DNA of 64,000 nt from Octopus vulgaris. Lineage: Eukaryota. This document shows, in pieces, positions 1 through 11,210 of the stretch (positions are counted from its first letter, which is position 1; each line of letters starts with the position of its first letter). Under the pieces are notes generated by a model. That model searched no databases. It worked only from the letters and a program-made list of their open reading frames with translations, and was not told where the DNA came from. Both the position numbers and the translations under genes were made by a program. The stretch covers positions 4,154,001 to 4,218,000 of the forward strand of contig OX597816.1 in the NCBI GenBank assembly GCA_951406725.2, read 5' to 3'.

Positions 1-112
1 GTATTCGGGTGTTCAACGTATTTTCTGGTGTTCTTCGTGCTTCGTTCCTCAGGAGTCGAAAAAGGTGACTCGCGTATCAGTCTCACTTTGGTCTGCTATT
101 CACTTGCACTAG

Positions 113-292
113 AATTCGCGGTATTTCGTCTGTGTTTACATTCTAAGTTCTAATTCCGCCGAGGTTGACTCTGCTTTTCACCCTTTTGGGGTCAATAAAT
201 TAGGTACCAGTTATGTACTGGGGTCGATCTAATCGACTGGCTTCCCCAACCCCACAAAATGTCGGGCCTTGTGCCTAGAGTAGAAAAGAATA
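113..292 (+). mobile_element. SINE family A (tRNA-derived, Deu/Nin-like central domain), 5'-truncated
   Basis: Matches the recurring ggtatttcgtc...gccgaggtcgactttgcctttcatcctttcggggtcgataaattaagtaccag...gccttgtgcctagagtagaaaagaa repeat seen many times in the window. Confidence 0.8.
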
Positions 293-1901
293 AAATTCAC
301 GGACTTTTGCCAAACATAAGAATCAATATTGCTTTGAAACATTGAAAGACCCGAAATGGTCAAATGCTAAACCTAGAACTGTCATAGGAATTATTACAAT
401 AACTCATTTCTCCTCAACTGAAATCTCTACAGAGAAGATATTGTTTTACATTTATTTACAGTCAGGTTTAACAATAGCGGTGAATGCAGTCCAATTATAT
501 TATAGTCATTTATATATCAACAGTTGGTTTTGTACCTAAAGATGAAATCTATATTTATAAATGTCGTTAAGTATACATTTTCGGCATATTCCGCCAGTCG
601 CCTGTCTTCGATTCATATTTCTATATTTTCTGTGTATTTAGATCTGTACCCTTCTAAGAGGAAATTGTACTGTTATCGCTAAATCTCGTATCTGCCTTCT
701 ACATATTCGAGCAATTGTTCCAAGTCAAAATTAAGAATATTTAATTAATTTGTCGTTTAATTATCGCTTTTCTATATCCCCATGTCAACCCTGATGAAAT
801 AAATTTATGTTCCAGTCGTGACGAACACGTTAACCATTTTCAAACCGACTTTCCAGGAGTACATTTTCCACGCCGTGCCTTTTCATTTTGTAAAGTATTG
901 ATTGTGATATGAAGTAAATTTAACTGCTATTTCAGCAGATTGGATGACCACGCACTCGCTTATGGTCAGGTCGAGGTTTTCCTTTATTAATTAAGCATAA
1001 AACTAACTTAAATAGAGAAGAGCGAACAGTATATACCAATTCTGTTTTTTATATCAAATTTTGAGAGAAAAGTGAGAAAGGGACACAAAAGATCTGCAAG
1101 TCGATTCTGTCCGAATTTGAACTCAGAACTTTGTAAACACACTGAGAAATGAATTTGATATTCTCCGTTCCCATTCAATCTTAATTCTCCAATGATAAAA
1201 TTCATTCTTTCATTGACTCGAGACAACACATTGGCTAACTGAACCGCACCCCTGATGTTGTTATCACTGACTCCAATACATACCTCGGTACATGTATAAG
1301 CGGCACCGGAGAAATGCAATATATAGGGGCTCTGTGTGTCCCTGAGCCAGGGGCGTAGAAGGGATGGAACTAAATAAACTTAAATACATTAAGACATTAT
1401 TTAGTCTGGCTTTCTACTGTTTACACTAAATTGTTGCTATTGATGCGGATGGAGGATTTTCTGTGGTTACTAGTAGAAACAGCTTCAACAACTCCTTAAA
1501 ATCATGCGCTATCATGTGGTAATCAAGGGGGACGAACGCATCTCTTAATGTAGTCATTGATATATTATGCCTGAACAGAATTAAAAAACCAAAAACCAAA
1601 AAAAATGACGACAATAAGAAAATATAGATTTGATTGAAGCTGGAACACATTTGATCGGAGAACTGTATTGATCACGGCTGACCTGAGGGAGAGGAGGTCG
1701 TAACAGCCACCACAACAATAACAACAGCAGCAACAACAACGCACTTGGAATTGTGGAATTTTTGCTTTGCTGCTAATGATGTCATACATACATACATTCG
1801 TACATACATACATACATGTATATACGTGCACACACACACATATACATACATGCACACACACACATATACATGCACACACACACACACATACACACACACA
1901 T

Positions 1902-1949
<48 letters not shown>

Positions 1950-2099
1950 GCACACACACACAGATAGACAGTTAAACAGACACAGAGAGATAGATATTAA
2001 GATAGGTACATTGATACATACATATATACATACGTACACAGATAGATAGATAAATAGATAGACATACATACATACATACGTACATACAGACAGACAGAC

Positions 2100-2310
<211 letters not shown>

Positions 2311-2875
2311 TAAGAGAGAAAAGCAGTCAGAATTAGAACGAGATATTGTGAAGGAATAGGAAATAAAAGTAAGCGCTTAATTAGTTGGTAGGTAGGAATC
2401 GTTAAAGCGACACACACGCACATGAGGAGACGCGTCGCTATGGACAGATGATGTTGTGTGGCGATGATGTATACACATTCATTTGTACGTATATACACAC
2501 CCTTTCAAACGCAATAATGCACACTAACTGACCTGCACGCACTAATATAGAGACACATACTCGCGAATGGATGACACGGAATTACACACAAATACATTTA
2601 AGAAAACAAGGACACACACACACACGTATACACACATATATTTAAGAATATACTCTACGTTGGAGGTAGATAATTACATGTAGAAAAGCACACACACTGA
2701 TATAAACAGACATAAACACAGGCGAGAAGAAACACTCAGACACACTCTAACAAGCGGACATACACACACACACACACACACACAGACACACAGACACACA
2801 GACACACACACACACAATCATACGAGTGCAAAGAAAACACATGCATACGAAGAAATTAGCGGATACATATAGCAT

Positions 2876-3250
2876 CACACACACACACACACACTCAATT
2901 ACACAAACTCAATTACACACATTCAATTACACACACACACACTCACTAACACACACTCAATTACACACATTCGATTACACACACACACACTCACTCACAC
3001 ACACTCAATTACACACATTCGATTACACACACACACACTCAATTACATACACTCGATTACACACACACACATTCACTCACATACACACACACTCAATTAC
3101 ACACACACACACTCTCTCTCTCTCTCTCTCACACACACTTAATTACACACACTCAATTACACACACACACACTCACTCACATACACACACACACACTCTC
3201 TCTCACACACACACTCACTCACACACACTTAATTACACACACACACACAC
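2876..3250. repeat. CA-rich compound minisatellite with recurring ctcaattacac motif
   Basis: Repeated cacactcaattacacacattc(a/g)attacacacacacac units. Confidence 0.85.
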
Positions 3251-3524
3251 GTACAATGCGCAGACAACGTTCGTGTTGTGATGCGTGTACAGACGCATTT
3301 TTATTACAAAATGATTCGAAAATACAGAGAGGTAAATAGTATTTACGGGTATCGAATACATAAATGTATACACACACCAGTATATACATACATGCATATA
3401 AACTCATATATATTCAAATTATGTGTGTGTGTGTGCGTGTATATAACAAAGATAAACAAACTGAGAGACAGGTAAATAATTAGATAGATAAACAGAGATG
3501 GATAGATAGATAGACAGACAGAGG

Positions 3525-3578
<54 letters not shown>

Positions 3579-3860
3579 CTAAGGCAGAGACAGTGTGAGT
3601 GCGCGCGCGTGCGTGCGATGTGAAGGTGAACGAGTGATCGAAATAATGACACACGTATGCAGATATTGGCGGATTGGTCAGGTGGACGAAATACGACAAT
3701 TTTATACTGGTGAAACAGATGAGATGGATGGAGAGAAATCGGATAATAATTATGGAGAAGAAAAAGAAAAAAAACGGAGGCTGACAACAGATACCTATAA
3801 CAGGGAAACAGATCGAAGCACGAATAGAAAAACGCGCAGGAGACAAGGTGTGCGTGTGTG

Positions 3861-3911
<51 letters not shown>

Positions 3912-4013
3912 TAAATGAGGGTGAAAAATTAGATATTAATTTAATAATATCGTCTGGCACATAGAAACCAGGGAGACAGTGAAAATTTATATATAAATAT
4001 AAGAGAGTTAACG

Positions 4014-4119
<106 letters not shown>

Positions 4120-4196
4120 TCCTGAGTGTCATACTAATACGTTTGTTTTGTACACCACCTGTCTTCGTCTTTTGTTTTTTTCGTAAACTCTCCCTA

Positions 4197-4231
<35 letters not shown>

Positions 4232-4602
4232 CTTTATATATATATGAGCGAAAGGCGAGGACGGAGTGAACTGAGGTAGATATATGGTTCTTCGTATTTA
4301 TGAAGACGTTGGCTGCATTGAATGTTATTAAGCTGGCACGAATCAAACTTAACAGCGTTATTATAGCAGCGCATCTTTTAGTGCAAGTGAGCAAACCGTG
4401 TAGGTAGAGACAACATTGACAGTGATAGCAACAGCTAATGTTGTTGATATGCGCTTCGTACGTTTGTGTCTGTATGTCGAGAGGCGTGCGTGTGTCCTTC
4501 ATATATGTATATATAATCATATATAATGTATGTATGCTTGAGAGAGGTTGATAAACAGGGAGATAAATCGGTAGATAGATAGATAGGTAGATAGATAGAT
4601 AG

Positions 4603-4800
4603 ATAATGTTTCTTTATTAGCCACACAGGGCTGCACACAGACGGGACAGATTACAAGGTAGTGCTTTTCTTTTTGGGGAGAAAAAAAAGGTGGGTAGGTT
4701 TTCGATCAAAAGGGATCGTGAAAGGGAAAGAAAAAGGAAAGAGAAAGAAGAAAGCAAAAAAAAAAAATCGATCAACAGGGATCGTGTATCACAGAAATGT
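4603..4800 (-). mobile_element. 3' end of a non-LTR element embedded in (GATA)n
   Basis: Minus strand ends ...ctgtgtgcagccctgtgtggctAATAAAgaaac and runs into (TATC)n; GATA repeats lie on both sides. Confidence 0.5.
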
Positions 4801-5043
4801 CATAGATAGATTGATTGATAGATTGATAGACAGACAGATAGATATATAAATAGATAGACAGATAGATGGATAGTGTGTGTGTGTGTGAGAGAGAGAGAGA
4901 GAATAAAAGAGAGTTGAAGAGAGAGAAATAGTGATTTTGTAAACACGTTTGCAGGTGGAAGTGATTGTACGAAATGTTTACAGGTGTGTTTCGAAATGTG
5001 ACGGTGAGTGTGTTTTCTGTTTCATCTTTTTTTCGTTGCTTAC

Positions 5044-5201
5044 CTGACAAACATTTCGACTCCGGTTAACTCTATGGATCTCTTGATACCTTTCCATGAT
5101 TTCTTTAGTTTAAACACCTGTAGAGGACTGAGTGGCAGACGTGGGTCTGTGGGCGGAGGTGGAGCGGGGTACGGTAGTCCGTCAGCCATGGCCTCCGCTC
5201 G
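5044..5201 (-). CDS. Coding exon of a globin X-like (GbXL / neuroglobin-like) globin: pre-A region, helix A and helix B
   Basis: Translates RAEAMADGLPYPAPPPPTDPRLPLSPLQVFKLKKSWKGIKRSIELTGVEMFV(R). The PPPxDPRLPL...Q...KSWKGIxR.xExTGxxMF pattern matches invertebrate GbXL N-termini as I recall them. Acceptor tgtgtttacag at 5202, donor AG|gtaag at 5043 in phase 2 within Arg (canonical globin B12.2 intron). ATG at 5189 has strong context (gccATGG). Confidence 0.88.
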
Positions 5202-5480
5202 CTGTAAACACAGCATCGATCTCACACTCAATGTGAGCACCACGGAGGTTTCTCCCAATACACGGAATTGTGGGAAGAATGGAATGATAAAAGGAGTGGG
5301 AGGTGAGATTGTTACTTCGCATTATTTCCCCTTTTCCTCTCTCTTACTCCCTCTTTTACCTCTACATCCCATCCGACCCATTTTATTTCATTTTATTTTA
5401 TTTGATTTTATTTAAAATGGGGTCTCTTTTCTCTTCCGAACTCAATCTCTGTCTGTCTGCCTGTCTGACTGACTAACTGT

Positions 5481-5544
<64 letters not shown>

Positions 5545-5650
5545 ATCTGAGTGTCTGCCTGTCTGTCTATCTATCGGTCTATCTATCTGTCTATCTATCT
5601 ATTTATATATCTATCCATCTATCTCTCTCTCTCTCTGTCTATCTCTGTCC

Positions 5651-5730
<80 letters not shown>

Positions 5731-6220
5731 GTCTGTCTCTCTATATGTCTATCTATATTTCTGTCTGTTTGTCTGTCTGTCTGTCAGCGTTCCTCTCTTT
5801 CTCTCTTTTTCTATACACACGCACATACATACATACATACATAACAAAATTTCTAGCTGTTTTCCCATCCATCCATACTCCCCCTCCCTCTCTCTCTCTC
5901 TCTCTCTCTTTCTATTTCGCTTTCCTCTCAGAGTTTCCGCTCGCATCTCCTCTTCACTTCCTCTTCCCCACCCATGCATCCTCTCACAACTTCGAATTTT
6001 TTTTATATCATTTTCTTCCCTTATCGCGGAAACCATTAGACTAGAATCATATCGACAGTATAGGCATGCTACACACGCGCGCACACATACATATACATAT
6101 ACATATATATATATATATGTATATATAAATATATATATGTATATATAAATATATATATGTATATATATGTACATATATATACATATACATTCATACACAC
6201 ACATATATATATTCTTTTTT

Positions 6221-6429
6221 ATTCTTTTATTTGTTTCAGTCATTTGACTGCGGCCATGCTGGAGCACCGCTTTTAGCCGAACAAATCGATACCAGGATTT
6301 ATTTCTTTATAAGTCTAGTACTTATTCTATTGGTCTCTCATGCCGAACCTCTATGTGACGGGGACATAAGCAAACCAGTATCGGTTGTCAAGCGATGTTG
6401 GGGGGACAAACACAGACACACAAACATAT

Positions 6430-6495
<66 letters not shown>

Positions 6496-6657
6496 GACGG
6501 GCTTCTTTCAGTTTCCGTCTACCAAATCCACTCACACGGCTTTGGTCGGCCCGAGGTTATAGTAGAAAACTCTTGCCCAACGTGTCACGCAGTGGGACTG
6601 AACCCGGAACTATGTGGTTGGTAAGCAAGCTACATACCACTCAGCCATTCCTTCGCC
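6221..6657 (-). mobile_element. SINE family B (tRNA head, CORE-like segment, internal microsatellite), full length
   Basis: Reverse complement of ggcgcaggagtggctgtgtggtaag...ttgggcaagtgtcttct...(TA/TG)n...gcggtgctccagcatggccgcagtcaaatgactgaaacaagtaaaag. Confidence 0.88.
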
Positions 6658-6716
6658 AATATATATATATATATACATGCACATACATGTATGCATACAT
6701 ATATATTTATATATAC

Positions 6717-6751
<35 letters not shown>

Positions 6752-6939
6752 TATACATATATATGTGTGTGTGCGTAAATATATATATTTACAAACACAT
6801 ACACACATATACAATAACATGCATACATGTGTGTTTGTGTGTGTACGTGTATGTATCTGTCCTTGTAATTAAATGTCTATAAACACACACACTCACACAC
6901 ACACAAAGACACAAACAAACAAACACGCAATATATATAA

Positions 6940-7096
6940 GACAGGCTTTTGGGTTCTGCCTACCAAATCGACTGACAAAGGTTCTGGTCGTCCCGAGGCT
7001 AGAATAGAAGACACTTGTCCGAGGTGCCACACAGTGGGACTGAACCCGGAACCATGTGGTTGGGAAGCAAGCATCTTACCACCACATAGCCGTGCC
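6940..7096 (-). mobile_element. SINE family B, 5' half
   Basis: Homologous to the head of other family B copies. Confidence 0.8.
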
Positions 7097-7211
7097 TGAA
7101 TTTATAGGTATACATACATACACACATACATACATACATACATACATACATACATACGTGCATACATACATACATACATACATACATACATACATACATA
7201 CATAAAACATA

Positions 7212-8613
7212 CATGATGGCTGCCCCCTCGTTATCGAATATGGCCATTGCACGAAGCTTAACTGTTGCTGGTGCTGTGATCGAATGTGACTTTTTAGCCC
7301 AGCTAAAGATCTACAATGTCTTGTACAAAATTGGCAAATAAGTCCTTTACTGATAATAGCCGGCTGTAGTTGTAACTGGGCTTCATGTATCTTTGCATGT
7401 CGTTTAAGTCCTCCTGCCGAATTACACTCTCTTCCACATGCCCGACAGATATGATTAGTATGGTGTGTAACACCACCACCAGTGGCCAGGTTGTCACTCA
7501 TCTATCTCGCTTTATGACTATGAAGATGACTCTTGAGTCCAGCTTTACTGAGGCAGGGTCTTGCACAGACATTGCATGTCAGCATCAAAGGAAGACCCTT
7601 CCCTTCTGGAAGTGTAACAGCGATGCCCTTCCTGCCATCCCTCCTTACTTTCTCATGTGCAACTCGAGATTTCTCAAAAGTGGCTGTCCCCTCATGCACA
7701 ATTCTTCTCCACCTGCTACGATCAATAGCTATGCCTTCCCATGTGTCAGGAGAGATGCAAGCATCTTTTAAGGGAGCCTTCAGCAAGTCTTTATACCTCT
7801 TTTTTGGTTTATGTGGAGGTCGTTCTCCTTTAGCTAACTCTCCATAAAAGAGTTGTTTTGGCATCCTTGAATCCTTCATTCTGACCAGATGACCACTCCA
7901 TCTGAGCCTTTGCTTTAACACAAGAGTTTCTATACTGTCACACCGAGAGCCTTCGAGTATTTCAAGATCACTGATGCGGTCCTTCCACGTAATGCCATAG
8001 ATCCGTCTGAGGCACATCTGATGGAAATGTTCCAGATGTTTAAGGTGGTATCGATATGTGACCCAGGTCTCGCAGGCATAGAGAAGAGAAGGGAGCACAC
8101 ATGCCTTGTACACCTTTATCTTTGTCTTTCTGCATGTCTCGCCGACTCCAGAGGCGCTTTTCTAGCCTTCCGAAAGCAACACTTGCTTTCCTAATTCTAT
8201 ATGGAATTTCATCATCCACATTGCCATATCTATTAATAGTGCTTCCCAGGTAGACAAACTGATCAACTACATCAAGTCGTTTACCATATTTGGTACACTA
8301 TACTGCTTACCAGGGGCAGGTTGATGCATGACAACAGTTTTCTTGAGATTGACTGTCAATCCTAAGGCAGTGCAAGCATCAGAGAATGCATTCAAAATGT
8401 GTTGCATATCAATCTCTGTGTGTGCTACTAGCTCACAATCATCAGCATACAAAAGGTCTCTTATGATATAGGTAAATACCTTTGTTTTTGCAGCAAGGCG
8501 CCTGATATTAAATATGCTGCCAGAGGTTCGATAATGGACGTAAACACCGTATCTGCAGTTTCTGAATGCATTACAGAACACCATCGCGAAATATATGGAA
8601 AATAGGGTCGGTG
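7212..8613 (-). mobile_element. RTE-clade LINE, 5'-truncated and disrupted (C-terminal RT plus three C2H2 zinc fingers)
   Basis: APTLFSIYF...RDLLYADDCELVAH...GLTVNLKKT, then YKACVLPSLLYACETW, LRWSGHLVRM...RMPKQLFYGEL; frameshifts near 8110-8280; (ATGT)n on both sides. Confidence 0.93.
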
Positions 8614-8691
8614 CATACATACATACATACATACATACATACATACATACATACATACATACATACATACATACATACATACATACATACA

Positions 8692-8880
8692 TAGAATATA
8701 TAAAACACTGCCTAAATACCAATCTTGAGAAATTAGACTTCTCAAAATTAGAAAGGAGAAAGCTGATTCGAAGACTGCAGATCCAATCCATCACTGGAAC
8801 TGTAAAAATCTGTAAAACTTTATAGAAGTTTATCATTTAAACATAAATGAGCATGTCTAGATCTGCAGCTATATGCATGA
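8692..8880 (+). mobile_element. 3' tip of an R4/Dong-type (RLE) LINE within (TACA)n
   Basis: NLEKLDFSKLERRKLIRRLQIQSITGTVKICKT is homologous to the end of the 9455-9935 fragment. Confidence 0.65.
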
Positions 8881-8912
8881 GAATACATACATAAAACAAA
8901 ACATACAAATCT

Positions 8913-9423
8913 GCACACATACATACATACATACATTCATACATACATACATACATACACACATACATACATACATACATACATACATACATACATACAC
9001 ACATACATACATACATACATACATACATACATACATACACACATACATACATACATACATACATACATACATACATACACACATACATTCATACATACAT
9101 ACATACATACATTCATACATACATACATACATACATACATACATACATACACACATACATACATACACACATACATACATACATACATACATACATACAT
9201 ACATTCATTCATACATACATACATACATACATACATACATACATTCATACATACATACATACATACATACATACATACATACATACACACATACATTCAT
9301 ACATACATACATACATACATTCATACATACATACATACATACATACATACATACATACATACATACATACATACACACATACATACATACATACATACAT
9401 TCATACATACATACATACATACA

Positions 9424-9452
<29 letters not shown>
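8913..9452. repeat. (TACA)n microsatellite
   Basis: Direct inspection. Confidence 0.95.
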
Positions 9453-9454
<2 letters not shown>

Positions 9455-9455
<1 letters not shown>

Positions 9456-9935
9456 CCGTGACGTTCTTGTAATCCCAAGGTGCAACCGCATGTGAGGCTA
9501 TATCGTGTTTGTGTGGGAGACATCTCGCATGTGATTAGCAGCCGTCCTAAAATGTCGACATGTACCTACCTCCCTATGCGGCACGATGTTGTCGCTAAAA
9601 CAATTTACAATGCCATCCGCAAAGAAGGCTGTTCTCTAATAAACTTTAAAAATCAGCTGCGCTGCAGATATAAATAAATATCTCTTTGAAAGTCAAAGAA
9701 AAAGAGGATGACTATGGATGACTGCTTCGAAATCTCCAGCTTCGATATCCAGACTATGAATTCATATTCATACCAATAATAATTGGCACACTAGGTTTTC
9801 TTAGTAAATGCTCAAAGGAGAATCTGGATAAACTGGGATTTTCAGAAATTAAGCAGCTGATTCATACATTACAAATGCAATCTGTGAGTGGAACAGTAAA
9901 AACGTGCAAGACTTTTCTGAAGTTCCAAATGTGAA
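9455..9935 (+). mobile_element. Degenerate R4/Dong-type LINE 3' part (CCHC remnant, RHD motif, RLE C-terminus)
   Basis: DISHVISS.PKMS...YLPMRHDVVAKTIYNAI and ...IPIIIGTLG...LQMQSVSGTVKTCKTFLKF. Confidence 0.75.
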
Positions 9936-10093
9936 TTTGTCTGTGTTAACTACATCCCAAAGATGGAGCCTTGTATCTTCGTGTGTCATCATTATCGGCG
10001 TAATCACCTACTGAAAAGACAGTAAGGTTTATTTCAACATGCGAATTTACATCAATAATCATGTAAACCAGATTAAAAAAACTGACACGCACG

Positions 10094-10174
<81 letters not shown>

Positions 10175-10751
10175 GCCTTCATTTCATACGTACACACTCA
10201 CATTGATCATTTACACCCATTGTTTAGTACCAGTCAATTGACCCTGCTTAAATTCCTCCATCATTTCACTCCCTTATATTTTTTCTTTCTCCCTTTTCTT
10301 CCCCTTCTTCTGATCCTTATTTCTTCCTCCATTTACGTACTCCTCTCATACTCTGCTCTCCACACATTCTGATTGATTCTTCCTTACGCAACATATACAT
10401 CCTTGCGACAATGTAACCTTTAATCTAATCAAGATATCCTTAGCGTGAAGTGTAGCTGTCGGCGTACACCTCACTTGGATTTTACCACTTCTGAGGTTCC
10501 CCTCGTTTTGAAACATATGTAGAACGGATCCTACCTACTCCATTCCGTAAATCTTGTATTCTTATTCCCACACCCGGCAACCCTGGTCGCCTACCGTGCA
10601 ATATAAAAAAGAACTCTTTTTCAATATATCGTACTTCGATATCAAAAAAATTCCTCAGCCTTCCATCTCAATAAACCACTATTTTCCCTGAAAGACTTTT
10701 TTATATTTACTACAGATTACTTCCTACACCTTCATCCCTAGGTCTTACATT

Positions 10752-10783
<32 letters not shown>

Positions 10784-10945
10784 CAGGAGTGGCTGTGTGG
10801 TAAGTAGCTTGTCTACTAGCCACATGGTTCCGGGTTCAGTCCCACTGCGTGGCACCTTGGGTAGGTATCTTCTACTATAGCCTCGGGCCGATCAAAGCCT
10901 TGTGAGTGGATTTGGTAGACGGAAACTGAAAGAAGCCCGTCGTAT
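10784..10945 (+). mobile_element. SINE family B, 5' half
   Basis: caggagtggctgtgtggtaagtagc...gaaagaagcccgtcg. Confidence 0.85.
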
Positions 10946-10949
10946 ACAT

Positions 10950-11210
10950 TTAGAACCAGAGATAATGAAACCATGATGGTCCTCCGGCGGACATTCGTCC
11001 TCAGCCGCCTGGATTACTGCTCACAGCTATGGTCAACCACCAGTGCAAAATTAACAGCGGACCTTGAAGAAATCCAGAGAAGATTCACAAAGAAGATCGT
11101 CTCTTTGCAACAGCTCAGCTACTGGGAAAGGTTGAAACAGGTAAGATTCTACTCCCTGGAGAGAAGACGGGAGAGGCATGCAGTAATATACGTCTGGAAG
11201 ATCCTGGAAG
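10950..11210 (+). mobile_element. CR1-type LINE fragment, inverted copy of 11305-11563
   Basis: MMVLRRTFVLSRLDYCSQLWS...SYWERLKQ...SLERRRER.AVIYVWKILE. Confidence 0.9.

Noticed and set aside
1008-1319. 103-aa minus-strand ORF as the next globin exon
   Set aside because: No CD1 Phe, E7 His or F8 His pattern and no suitable phase-2 acceptor recognised.
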